Assembly: GCA_002633005.1 (NCBI GenBank)
Contig: NMRA01000174.1
Coordinates: forward strand, 465,790-529,789
Direction of reading: 5' to 3'
DNA: 64,000 nt
Source of the DNA: Phoronis australis
Taxonomy: Eukaryota; Animalia; Phoronida
In this document: positions 25,301 through 37,763 of the stretch, piece by piece
How positions within the stretch are numbered: position 1 is the first letter of the stretch
Layout of the letters: every line of letters starts with the position of its first letter
Made by a program: the position numbers and the translations under genes
Notes under the pieces: generated by a model
Seen by the model: the letters and a program-made list of their open reading frames with translations, nothing else
What the model was told of the DNA's origin: nothing
Databases searched by the model: none

Positions 25301-28300
25301 AAGACAAGATCCTAGGTCTGTAGGTTTGCGATAAACAGATGTAACAAACCCTGTGTCACAATACTCAAACAGTACATCCAAACAGGACATTTTTCCACCA
25401 ACAGCAGCAGTTTCGTATGTAAATTTTAGGACTGAATTAACTTCAGATTTACATTTTAATGTCAGTAAGTTATTTATCTATGATTTATCCTTCAAGGATC
25501 CCAGTGTGGTTCAACACTCATTCCCAAGTCTCATTTCACAATAAAAATGGCAGTTTTTAACACTTCAAGTCTAATTTGAATAAGAGAATGTACAAAGACA
25601 GGCTTACGGCAAAAACACAATAAAAGTTAATCTGAGTCCTGTGCATGATCATCACTGCAATCTTTTGATGAACCAATACTGACACCAATAGATTGAAATA
25701 GTTACCAATACAACTACTGGCATAGTACACCAGAGTTACTACAGTACTCGTAGACTACACTGATTGCAATACAGAAAGGTGTTTCCACACTAAGGTTCTG
25801 CCATTACTAGACAACCTATGTAAAGGGTTTTCAAAATGCTAGCACAGGAAGAGTTATGAAAACACTTACCATCGTTAGCAGGACTGTTGACAGGTGAATC
25901 GTCTAGCACAGTTGGCTGTAGTGGTGAATATTCCATGACAAGGAAAAGCCGTACGAAACCGTCTCCATTCTCTCCACAAAGATTATCGCACACGTTCGTT
26001 TTGACTCTTAAAATTTTACAAATCATTTCAGCAACAGCAAGCAATAAAAAGACAAAAAAAAACACAATACAATAGCATTCTCTCAGCATGTTCTAGTATT
26101 TAAAATGTAAGGTAAGACAACAAGGGCTGTACAATAACATTCAAGTGCAATGGTCAAGAGAAATACTTTCACCATGGGGAAAGAAAAGAGAGACGACCCG
26201 ATTGAGACATTTACGAATACTTAGCCAACTTTCAAAACATTCTTGTGTTTAAATAGGAACTAGCCCACTACAAAACAGCACAAATCTACAGGTTTTCCAC
26301 AGGTAATGTTTTTGAAGAATGGTAACCATAGCAACCAGGCAGTTAATGGGAGCTACAGCTAGCAAAGTAGACGTGTAACTAGTGTATTGTTAAATGTATT
26401 TTCCAAAAGTTTTATTAGATTATCGCTTAAATCTGGGCGAGTTCATTATAAATCATATCCCTTGATAAAAGTGTTGCCCTTATAAGTCACCTACGAACAA
26501 AAAGCTGAATTTAATTTTACTTATCTACATTAAAGAACAATGTTAAAGAAAGCCGCAATTCAACTGGTAGCACTATGTGGATGTCATTTAAATGACAAGA
26601 GTTGCAAATATGAATTTCGACAAAAAGTGATTATCAGAAATTATGCTATCATTTGAATATGCCGAAAGTACCCAATACATGGGATAGAGGCATGCCACAG
26701 GAAGTTTGAAACATCTACCTCACTTTCTTACCGCCAACATATTCAACTCTCTCTGTTCCTCACAGCGCGTTGTTTGCGTTGTTTTTTTATTTCTACAAAT
26801 TGTAAAGTTTGACACTGATATTTGGCTTTAGAAATATACCTTACTACAGAGCTTTTATGAGAAAATGCATTGTGGAACAGTTTGACATAAAAGTGCATCA
26901 CCGTGTACCAAGAGACCCTAAATGGCAGTAACCCCCAGGAGCCTCAGAAAAGGGGACTACGGGTTACTTCAATGACTTGGCAACAATTACACTGTGAGTC
27001 ACAAATGTAAACTAGACTAACCTGAGGTTAGAGAAACGGTGGAAACAGACAGAAAGTGCACATCAACACATTTAGTGTTCACATCAACGAATCACTGAAA
27101 GAATAAATAGTTCTTTGCGCATTAGTACACAACATTAGTAAAGCTGCGATGTTACAACCTCTTACAGAACACCACCACAAAGTTGAATGGCAAACTAGCC
27201 TCAATATGGAACTCGACATTCACAAGTAAAAAAAGAAAATGTTAATTTGTTTATCACATTTCCCAACCAAAAAACATGGTAAGTCAGCATTTACTCAGCT
27301 ATTATTCTACACTAATAGGTACTTCTAAGAAGTAGATTCTTTCTATTAACTAGCTCTTGTAAGCACTTGATGAGTTCCAAATGTTTCATAAAAGCAAGTA
27401 ACAATGGATCTCTGGCCCTCAAGGTGCACTTATCCCTACAACTAACATAAGGCTCATAGCTAGTATGGCTTAAGATAGGGGGAGTTGATAAAACCCCTGA
27501 AAATGCCCAAGAAAAATGTCACATGGCCACAGCTTCCGTGATGCCCAGTTTTCTAATTCAATATCCTGCTATTTCACATTTGATAACACCCTTTTAAATA
27601 TCACTTTCCCTCTTGGAAAATTACCTTCAATAGGTTGAAGTATTTATTTACTACCTACTGAACACAGAAAAGTCATAGACAGAGTACGTTATAGTTTTAT
27701 TACATTAAAATATTACACTGCAGGTACATTTTTTGTCATTCAAAGGCGATCGTCATTATGGTTATATGTTGTGCAGTTCACAAAAATTTTATGCTCAGAC
27801 TTTGCACAATAAAAATACTCATTCTGCAAATTAAAACACTTTAACAACTTAATTTCTTAAATTTGCATTGAATGCTTATCATGAGGTTTCCACGGAAACT
27901 TATGACAGTGGGGTGCTGGAAAGGTGAAGACCCAGTAATAACAAACTTTGAATTTCTCCACCCCTGTGACAGGTTGTAGTAAAAGGCAATAAACGACCAT
28001 GCACCTCGATTGTTGAAGACAGCACAAAACCACTCAGAACTTTTAACATCAACAGCATACTCATCCAGGTCAATGCCCTGCAGAGAATTTTCAACAGTTT
28101 GCTCTTGAACACCCATGCTTCATAGCCTTTGTTATATTCGGTTTAACATCCTATTCCAAATTTTTATGCATCCCATTTAACGCACCCTGGGCATTTATAC
28201 AGACAAGTATGGCCATTTATTCCACGTAACTCTGCACAGCTATCAACACACCATCACAGCAAACCATAATAAGCACACTGGGACAGCATGGCAATAGCCA

Positions 28301-31300
28301 TGTTCGAATTCAACTCTTCTCTTTCGAGGAGATAAAAAACGCACAGTATGGCTGACCTGAGAGACATGCTGCCATAATTTACTGCAAAGCCAATGCACAA
28401 ACTCAAGGCTATCCTCTCATTATCTCATTAAACTCACACACACTTGTTATTATTATTTAATACTTTTCTCACAAATGTGTTTCAGCAATTACCACTCCAG
28501 AACTCAAACTCTCAAATAAGACACTTACATTTTTTGTCTTTCCCATGGGTAATCCGACAACTTGAGCTCAAAGGTAGCCATGATGTATCGGGACAGAAAT
28601 TTACGACCCATCATTTTCAAAATTATCTAAGAAAAAAACAATATTGTGGTTCGTTACAGCTTTAATTGAAAGTTAGCATATTGTTTTGATTAATCAATCT
28701 CTATGACATCCCAGCTATGCCATAAACATCTCACCAATTTTGGACAAAAATTGTCCTTTTTGTCATTCTTCAAAGACTTATGAAATTGTTGAGCATGCTC
28801 ATACATATTGTCAGGTTCTAGCTGTGATACAGTGTTTGAACACACAAAAATGTCATTTGTTGATACATTCATTTTTGAAAAAAAAAAAAGAAATTTCACT
28901 TGCCAGCTATATTGTGCCCTAAAGCGGTGAAATTTCACAGTATGAATTCTGTAACTGCAACACTAAAATGGAATTTCTCAACATCACAATAGCAAAAATT
29001 AATCCCACGGTAATACTTGGAAATCATTGAATGATTTGATAAATCAAGTCTCATTACAGCACAGCCATTTCCTGGATTTCTACACAGTAAGCAAGTACCT
29101 TTGGCACGCGCTAATTTCACAGAAAATCAAAATAATATAGACTCTTTTACATATTTAAAACATTTGTCAAATGTAGAATCACTCACAGACTGCGACGCCA
29201 TGTCATGTACCAAAAATGATATTGTACCCTCCCATCTGTCCACGGAGCTGTTGTATGACAGACAGCGCTCCTGTTGGCCAAGCTGAATGATGCTGTTCTC
29301 ACATTCGTCTATGTGGAGAAAGATTTATTAGAATAAAATGCTAATGCTAACACGCTGTTTACAAAAGAAACTTGAAATAAATTTGGGGGCCTCAAACACA
29401 ACACCAAAAGAAACTACTAAAACCCTAACTGATAACTCAAATTTTAACCCAAAAATATTAGGAGCTCTCAAATTTGTCACGGAAAGTCTAAAATACAAAA
29501 CAGGGTATACTACAATCATGTAAAAATCAAATTTTTGTCCCAATAAAATTCATATGCCATATTTTTTGGTTACTAAAAATAACTAAACCCCAATTTCAAC
29601 TTTACGTAACACGTCAGCCTTTTTAATTTCCAAAAACATTTTCATGCTAATGATTTGTATTGACCAATCGTTACTTCTACCAAACATAACTTACCTTTGT
29701 TTCTGCAGTTAAAAACACCCCCTTCGACACAGATAGTGAGGACGCCACATGCTGCAACTAAAAGAAAGGCAATCGCAAACAGTTCACAGAACTCAGTGAC
29801 AAAGTGCCTAGAAGCGGTCTAAGATATCTACACAGTTCCATTGGTAATATGTAGTCAGACATAACATGCCTGCGTTTAGAGAACCAGTTTTCTTCACTGA
29901 ACAACGGGCATCAAACTGGTTCTCAAAATGTGGGCACCTTATATCCGGCTATTGATGTCCCACTGAAAAAGCACTTTGACCATTTACTTCATACAGGCAC
30001 ATCCTTGGTTACATTTAAAAAACAACCAAATTTGTGCTGGAAAAAATAACAAAGAAATACACAGTTCGAATCAACTGGTAAATAAGCAAAAAATATTAGA
30101 TTTCAAAAACAGAGGTGCCCATGAACAACAGTAAATTTTGGCTGATGCACAAAAACAATCAACAAAAATTGTCATTCTCTATTTTTCAAATGATTGCTTC
30201 TTTACTACAAATAACTGCTGTTCTGTAACAGATTTACAGTTAAACTATGCTACTGGAAGAGTGAGAGTCTCAATTTGACAAAATAAGCATCCAATTATTC
30301 AACACATAGCCTGTGGAATTAGGTGAAGAATTATCTTGTACTCCTCAAACTATTCCTAACGGATTCTGAACATCAAGTGAAGGGAACTTGATGGCAATGC
30401 AGACAGGCAACCAACTATGAGGTAATAAACAGTGCCCTGACATCAAATCCCAACCATGGCATTCAATTATACTGTTATTAAAAAGTGTCTGTAAATGGGG
30501 CTCCATTATGCCAGCACCAATATTATTAGATTTACTGGAGAGAGAGTAATTGGTCATTAGAACCTCAATATACAATCACAGCAACTGATCAGTTGTCAGG
30601 GTCTATTGTACTGCCTTTTCTATTACATAACTAAAACATGTCAAGTTATCAACCTCCAATAGCTTGGATACAGAGAATTGTTCATAAAGGTATAGCAGAC
30701 CAGCATTAAAATCTCAGATAGCACAAAACAGAGACAGTAGACTACCGGTATGTTTGTAAAATCTGGCCCAAAATGGCCAAAGGAAACATGATATATTTAC
30801 TAACAGTCTTAAAAGGTACTAGCTGACCAAGACATAACAATATTGAATGTTTACTACTACAAAATATGACATTGCAGAAAACAGCATCAACTGATTATCG
30901 TATTGATCAACGTAAAGCTAAACAAATGCAAGCAGATATTGGTGTTTATATTCAAACAATGGTATAATTTTTATTATATAGAATATGTAGGAAACACTCG
31001 GGCTTAAATGAAATCTCACCTGAGTTGTCATTTGTTAGAAGACTATTCCTGGGACCAGGTAGGCCAATGGTTATGTTAATGGCAAATGGGTCCACCATCT
31101 GATGGGCGAGGGCTTCCATTATCAAGGTGTGTACGTATGATTTAATTATAGGTATTTCAGTCAGCGGAAGCACGTTGAGCAACTTTAAGGAGAACCAAAC
31201 TTCCGGTCTGAATAAAAATATTTCATAGGTCAAGAAACTAATGGAATTGTCAAATACATTTAACATACAGCAAAAAACTGACTTTAAAAATGATCATTGT

Positions 31301-34300
31301 TAATGCTAGGCGAGATAAATTTTCCTAGAAGCAGGACTGTGCAACTTTGGCCAATTTTGGAACATCATGTCACACTAATGGCTGATCAGATTAATACGAA
31401 ACTTTCAGACAATCTGTATTATATACTGTAATGAATTTTTTTAAAATGCTCCACTTCACTTTTGCATGAGGGTCTATCAAAGTAGGACTGTTCTTGAAAA
31501 AATGATACCTGTACAAACTGAAATGATAATTAGAAAATTGTAACAGCATTTTTGAGATTTCATCCTGGGACATTTGTATCAAATGAAATTAAGTCATGTT
31601 GCTGATAGCACCGTTTTGTTATCGATGTACTTTTCTTTTTTATTAATTCTTACCAAAAAATACATGGTCACATGGCCCATTTAACGAGCGTTAAAAATTC
31701 AAAATCTAATTCTACAGGTTTTCCACTTTCTGAAAATATACATTTTCATTGAGTTAAAATCTATAACTTTTAGGCATTCAGCTAAACACAGATATGTGAA
31801 TGAGGTCCTAAGTAACCTTATAGTAAAAGTATTTTAAAGTACTTGACTGTCCCTGACATGGGATGGCACCACTGGTCTGCCTCCTAAGTAACTAAGTAGT
31901 ACAAGTGACTATACTATACTATACTATACTAGTAAAAACAACAAGTAATTCATAACATAATGAGGTTTGTAACTCACTTTTCAGTGAAGTAGCATGTGAT
32001 ACGAGTGACATGAGGAAACCCTGCATCCATGTCTAGACATACTGACATGACCAGTTGTCCACTGACGTGTAGGTCATCAACCGACAACAGCAGAGGGACA
32101 TTACTCCTGAAGAGGGAGTGCAAGACGTTAAATTTATAAAATGTGAAAAAAATCATGACTGCTTACAGTCATCCCTAAGTGGCACTTTCAGATTCACATC
32201 AGGGCTCGACATAACGAGCTGCAGGTCGCATTTGCGACCTGAAATTTGGAAATGCGAGCTGAGATTTTTGTCAGCTCGTATAAAGTCACAAAATGCGACC
32301 TGGAATTTCCAACGAATGCGAGCTAAGTTTTTACACTTCTCAACAGATACCTGGCAAATACAAAACAGCTCTTGTTAATCCGACCGTTATTTGGTTGTTG
32401 CCAAATACAAGTTCAAAAGAACACTAACAGGCCTCCCGATGACTTGTAAGCAAGTCGCGTGATCATGGGATATGCAGAATCAATCTTTGACGCGTTTCAT
32501 TGGCTAACACTTTCGGCCACTTTTGTAAATTCCCGGATTCGTCGAGGAAAGTTTCGGGCCACTGCTTACACGTGATAAAACTTCACATAACAACGGTGTT
32601 TCTATTAATTCTTAAGTGATCAACTTACCAAACTTTGTGGTGGACAAAAATGCTTATTTTTCGCATAAGATGTCCTTATTACATGTACCAAATATCCACG
32701 ACAATATCCCTGATATCGCACTGCGGCACCGTTAGCGCGCAAGCGGTCCTGGCAGACAATCATGACTTAGACTGAGATGTGCTTCTCCTTTTATCGTATT
32801 AAGACAGCCAAAGTGAAAATGACAACCTTATTAATCGCCAAACGACCGTCACGTCTTTACTTTCAGTTGCCAAGAAATTCTCAAACCCTTTACTTGTCTC
32901 TGGGGCTACTTGCGCGAAATATGATTTGTCTTTCACACGTTGTTGCCAACGTAAAGTGTAGGCCTACTCCAGCGATTCAAGTGCGTGAACTCACGTCTGC
33001 GCACCACTTCAAAGAACAGCGACAGTCCTAAATGAAAGAGTATACCGGCTTGGCTCTGTTTTTTTTTTTNNNNNNNNNNNNNNNNNNNNNNNNNNNNNNN
33101 NNNNNNNNNNNNNNNNNNNNNNNNNNNNNNNNNNNNNNNNNNNNNNNNNNNNNNNNNNNNNNNNNNNNNNNNNNNNNNNNNNNNNNNNNNNNNNNNNNNN
33201 NNNNNNNNNNNNNNNNNNNNNNNNNNNNNNNNNNNNNNNNNNNNNNNNNNNNNNNNNNNNNNNNNNNNNNNNNNNNNNNNNNNNNNNNNNNNNNNNNNNN
33301 NNNNNNNNNNNNNNNNNNNNNNNNNNNNNNNNNNNNNNNNNNNNNNNNNNNNNNNNNNNNNNNNNNNNNNNNNNNNNNNNNNNNNNNNNNNNNNNNNNNN
33401 NNNNNNNNNNNNNNNNNNNNNNNNNNNNNNNNNNNNNNNNNNNNNNNNNNNNNNNNNNNNNNNNNNNNNNGGGAAAATTTTGCGACCTGGCATTTACGAA
33501 TGCGAGCTGGATTTTGAAAATGCGACCTGGGATTTTGGCTAGGTCGCAAAATGCGACCTGGCGATTTTAATAGCGTCGAGCCCTGCACATGTAGGGTACA
33601 CTTGGGAATTAGCTGTTTTTACAGAGAGGTACCATTTTTTGTAACCTCCAATAACGTTTATTCCTTATGTCCATATACCAGAGTCTTTGTTTCTTTTTAT
33701 GTTTTGTATATAGTACATCATAATATATAGCCTTTCTTGACCACCCACCTCTTGTTTTACTCTGGAACGTAACTCGTAGGCAAAACAGATTCCAATAATA
33801 ACATTTTGAGGTACAAGTCAGCGTTATAAATTTTGCACAACTACGCACACTAATGACCGGGAGGAAATCACCGATTGCTACTGTGGCTAGTTATTCCTCC
33901 ACAAACAATATTCAAAGCTTCTTTCCATTGAGTTAAATCCATTTACTATATAGGTAGGTTGACCTAAACAATGAACTTAATTTGAGAATTTCCATAAGCT
34001 TCAGTTAACCAAAATTGACAGGATCAGCAAAAATATCGCAAGGTAGTGCTGCGATTTTAAACTCCAAGTTTTAGATATGTGTAACATTTTAAATAGATGT
34101 CAAGTACATATTCATATAATAACTGAAATCAAATGTATGGCGACTATTTGAAGAAACCACAAATTTTTAACACAACACTTGCCACTTTTAGCAGCAACAA
34201 CTGACGATAAAATCAATCACACCCAAGTTAAGTGTTCTCATTATTTATAGTGACGCCTTCCTGATACTGCATATTAATCTTGTGCTTTTAAATTCAATAC

Positions 34301-37300
34301 CAGGTCAAATTCAACAATTCCCACTGACCCACATTTCCATGTGTCCAAATATCGACGTTAAATGAGAAAAGGCCACTTTTTCAATTTATATCACTTACCA
34401 GTCACTGCGCACTTTACAACTGACAGTCATTTGGAATGTTGGGGGACTAAAATTCACAACAGCATTCAACACCAGTTTGTGATTAGCGACCTGGTCAGGC
34501 ACAAGCAATGGACGGTTATCGTCTACAAATTTGATACTGTGAATGGTTGGTGCTGCATTGCCCAAATTCAACGAGGACACTTTCAATTCAGCTGAAACAA
34601 TGAACAAGTAATCTTGTAAATAACGCTTACAATAATTAGGCCAGTGAAACACTTCTCTTCAACTTCAACTGTAATTAAACATATACATGCTAAAGTGATT
34701 ACATAATGAACTCCACTCACTTCCATAGTCATCTACTAAGTAGAAATGTACATTACAAATTTTTCCCTAGTGATACCTAAGTACTGCACAAATCTCTAAA
34801 ATACAACACTAACTCCAAAACAAAATTATCTTAACACATGCAGGTTCCTAACACATTCCAGGCTGGGCCATTCAGCATTCATAGAGGGTAATAAAACAAT
34901 TATCTTCTCAGCCAGAGCCATAAACCCTTGCTGTGTTTAGTTACACAGTCCAACTGTGACAGTTGTATACTAAAAGCTGCAGCTTCACAAAAGGGCCTTT
35001 CATACTAACGTCGATGCGTCGATGGTTTGGGGAGTTGCGGTCAGTATGAACGCTTAACTCCGGTCCTGGATCGCAGTTAACAGCTCCAGTTAACATCGCA
35101 GTTAATAGGTGGATTTAAGACCGCAGCGTCGACGCTGCGGTGCAGTATGAACGCTTAACTCCGGTCCAATCGAAGTTATCGCCAGGTGCCACTGTTATCG
35201 TCAAGAGTTACAGAGTAGTGCCGTCACTAATAACTACTTATTTTTTGGTTTAATGATAACCAATCGATTTAAAAATGAGTTTTATGTCATTTAGCACATT
35301 TAAATGTTCCAAATTGTCACATTGAAAAAAATCTTAGCGTGCAGCGCTACCTTGCGATAACTTCTATGACGTCAGCGTCACTAACCCTTTACTTCGATGG
35401 TCATTAACTACCGAAGCCAGTATGAACGGTCCAGTTAACTGAGCTGTTTACGTCGACGCTCCGCTCAGACCGGAGTTAAGTCAATATGAAAGGGCCTAAA
35501 GAACTGCTCTCACTGACCATACATGTTATTTTCAAAAGGACTATTGTGTGTGAACAACACTCATGATTTATAATGATGGTCATCAAAATTCTAAGCCACT
35601 ATGGGAACTAGTAATCCAAAATGACAGCCATAACCAGGAGAAAAAAATAGGTGATTACGAAATTTTCTCAACATATCATTGAATAGTACAATACAATTTG
35701 TGGTGCAAAAATTTAAGACTACTAAACGTTAAAAAATCACCGAGTTACTGAATTTAATGTTCAAAAAGTAACAGGCAACATTTCGATAATAACACTTGTC
35801 ACGTTTCCAACAAATGAAGACACTCCTCAACAGCCAACATTCAAAAGTTAAACAGTGTAAGAATAACAATACAGAGCATTCTAGGTGATGTGTTCAATAC
35901 AAGTTTAGGCAGAATATGTAAACATAACTTCTACTAGGCCTGTTTTCACACAAAGCAAAACAACAAGTCTTCTTGTAAAAACAACTTACAAAAGAAGTTC
36001 GATGAAGCGCGAGATACTGCAATGTTCAGCTGGTCTCTAGCTAAACTTGAGAGAGTCTTAGAGGAGAAAGACCACCTGAAAAGGAAAACTATGATGATAT
36101 CAAAAAAGTTAATTTTTCAAAAATAAAGTATCGTGTAAACTTTTGTCTATATTTAGCATGCTCTTTTTCGTAATTGATAACATTTTGTTGCAAAACTTAA
36201 CCATCCTGTGGGTACACGTAAAAATTGTTGACCTTGACAAATAAGTAATACCATAGAAAACCATGTGTCAAAACGTGCAACTCCTTACCAAACTCAGAAC
36301 CCAGTCAAATTGTCTGCTTTCAGTAAAATGCGTAAGATAGTGCTGACTGCTGAGTGACAATTTCACATGGCTTCTGTAGGATTATGCCATAGTTTTTATA
36401 ACTGCTGTATTATAACAACATGCTATGTCTGTACCAAGACCTTGTTTGTATACCACAGCCGGGATGTCAAGAAATTTGACAAAATATTATTTTTAATTGC
36501 ACTAGTCGGCCATGCTGTGTGCTAATTAAATTAGTGAAGAATTACCCCACTTATTTACTTCTGAACATCTTCATGAACATGTTAAGGGTGAAATAAGTGT
36601 AAAAGTATGCATGTAAGCCTACTAAACAAGACTATAGCTGTCAATATGAAAACCAGGTTCCTACATAAGCTTATTTTCAGAGATGCAGTAAATGTCAAGT
36701 CACTCTAATGTTAGCTGGCTGGCAAATTTCCAAAAAAAACAGTCATAAAAAAGTTATACTGTAACACACAATGAGAACCCAAGACAAAGACAAGTCTTTG
36801 ACTACCTAAGTATCACCTTGCAGTATGTACTGTTAGTGCACCATTCAGTTAAGCACACCTACTCCATAGAATTCCCAAGTCTCATTGAATAGTGAACAAA
36901 TAACTTAAGTTCAGTTAAACATAATGATAATGTAACATTGGAATTTTCAACAAAGGGCACTTGTAATTCACTGAGTGGTTTCATAACAGGGCTTTGTCCA
37001 GGGGCTGCTTGCAGAGAAAAGTAAATAAACAGTGCATACAGATTATACAGATCAGCTGAGTATTTTAAGTACATTTTTGAACACAGGCAAAGTGAGCTAG
37101 TGTTCTAGTGTTTCTTGAAGTTCATTGATAAATTTAAAATAGGTTGTGCTGCAATGCTTCTTAAACCTGGTTTACTTTTTACAAGGAAAATTCTGGTCAT
37201 GTAGATTCATTGACAGAGAGGTGACTTTATAAAGTAGTCAATAGGCTATTTTATAAAATTAATAAAATTATTATAGAGTAATGAGCATTTATTAAAAGGA

Positions 37301-37763
37301 AAACTGTTTGGCCTGGGTCAAAGCACCAATAAAAAGTTATACTCTCTATCATTAGCGACGACAACAAAAACATGCTGCAAATTGGCGAGTGTTAAACAAA
37401 CTCATCAATAACTGCATGAAGAAATTGAAACCTGTACCTCAAGGCTTACCAATAACAATGGAACATTTTTAAAAACAAAGGGAAACAACTTCAGGTATAA
37501 ATCAGGAACACGTACCACGATTTAAAAACACAATTTAACCAATCAGCTGTTTCACAATCACCAATGCTTTGTCTTTTCACTTCTTGTGAATGATTCCTGT
37601 TGCTGGTGGCCGGGGGCTGGTGTGACAACAACTGTCTCCAGACAGAGTACATAAACCCAGCAGTGACCAGCATCCAAGTGAAGGAACAGCCACATGTGCC
37701 TAGCAGCCATGAAATCGAAATCGACGTGAAGAGCACTAGAAGTTGAGCAACCTCGTGCAGCAT
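7375..37763 (-). CDS. Extended-synaptotagmin/tricalbin-like protein: N-terminal hydrophobic hairpin, SMP lipid-transfer domain, four C2 domains (~1248 aa, 25 coding exons)
   Basis: Phase-consistent GT-AG exons: 37516-37763, 35990-36075, 34399-34591, 31978-32106, 31020-31207, 29695-29757, 29187-29308, 28529-28626, 25870-26006, 23394-23500, 22403-22486, 21549-21638, 20088-20217, 18891-18961, 17289-17361, 16625-16696, 16073-16212, 14585-14674, 13407-14279, 12933-13132, 12489-12538, 10299-10413, 9896-10001, 8313-8424, 7375-7544 (3747 nt, no internal stop). SMP-like motifs: ETADWLNCVFKSWW, LGNAAPTIHSIK, EIPIIKSYVHTLI..MVDP. C2 motifs: GVLTICVEGG..WEGTISFLVHD; VLVHGAESL..PNPYC..KPNWG; ILRAKDL..GFSDPYC..PVWEE..IWDRDRLFVKDFLG; LLKARGI..DLYCKIRL. 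An in-frame TAA lies just upstream of the ATG. The protein ends KDTEL*. Confidence 0.88.
7638..7815 (+). mobile_element. Partial, diverged copy of the MITE family found at 51306 and 58875
   Basis: Aligns by eye with the reverse complement of ~58940-59119 (AAAAT.GAATT.G..CTTTTA...CTCAAGAAAACGCT...). Confidence 0.7.
8523..8553. repeat. (TAAAA)n microsatellite
   Basis: Read directly. Confidence 0.8.
9221..9844. mobile_element. Putative non-autonomous TIR element in an intron
   Basis: Perfect 13-bp inverted repeat AGACCACAGTTCG (9221-9233) / CGAACTGTGGTCT (9832-9844). No TSD or transposase recognised. Confidence 0.45.
14960..15450. repeat. Degenerate tandem/satellite-like repeat with TGACCTT...AAGGTCA motifs
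   Basis: Recurrent TTTTCCCCAAGTCAAAAC, CTTCTTGAGATAT/CTTCCTTGAGACAT and CAAGGTCA.CA.AATC.ACTAG blocks. Boundaries approximate. Confidence 0.5.
15678..15741. repeat. Exact 32-bp tandem duplication
   Basis: TACTTCACACCCTTACTACTTAGGCTCACCCA x2. Confidence 0.9.
20435..21152. other. Assembly gap (N run) in an intron; other gaps at 33070-33470 and 39080-39108
   Basis: Runs of N. Confidence 0.99.
24060..25470 (-). mobile_element. Degenerate, 5'-truncated Penelope-like retroelement in an intron
   Basis: The minus strand reads NSVLKFTYETAAVGGKMSCLDVLFEYCDTGFVTSVYRKPTDLGSCLNAQSDCPKKY...NFIKRAYGVSSDWDLFNSE..KQTLVNNSY, matching the FT.E...LDV...T.VYRKPT RT-thumb signature of Penelope-like elements. 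It continues into linker YYQNFKTHSLVMKN. Frameshifted, with a (CA)n insertion at ~24955. Confidence 0.8.
32200..33585. mobile_element. Non-autonomous hAT-like DNA transposon (contains N gap 33070-33470)
   Basis: Perfect 11-bp TIR CAGGGCTCGAC / GTCGAGCCCTG; multiple subterminal TGCGACCTG/TGCGAGCTG repeats at both ends; flanking CACAT direct repeat (32195-32199, 33586-33590). Confidence 0.8.
34993..35496. mobile_element. MITE, PIF/Harbinger-like termini
   Basis: Imperfect TIR GGGCCTTTCATACTAAC / GTCAATATGAAAGGGCC. Internal repeat CAGTATGAACGCTTAACTCCGGTCC at 35042 and 35143, with a partial inverted copy at ~35468. Superfamily assignment is inference. Confidence 0.65.

Noticed and set aside
27841-28116. 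Minus-strand ORFs with a CAG acceptor as an extra exon of the C2 gene
   Set aside because: Exons 28529-28626 and 25870-26006 already join in phase and complete the C2 domain; this segment has no convincing donor or motif.
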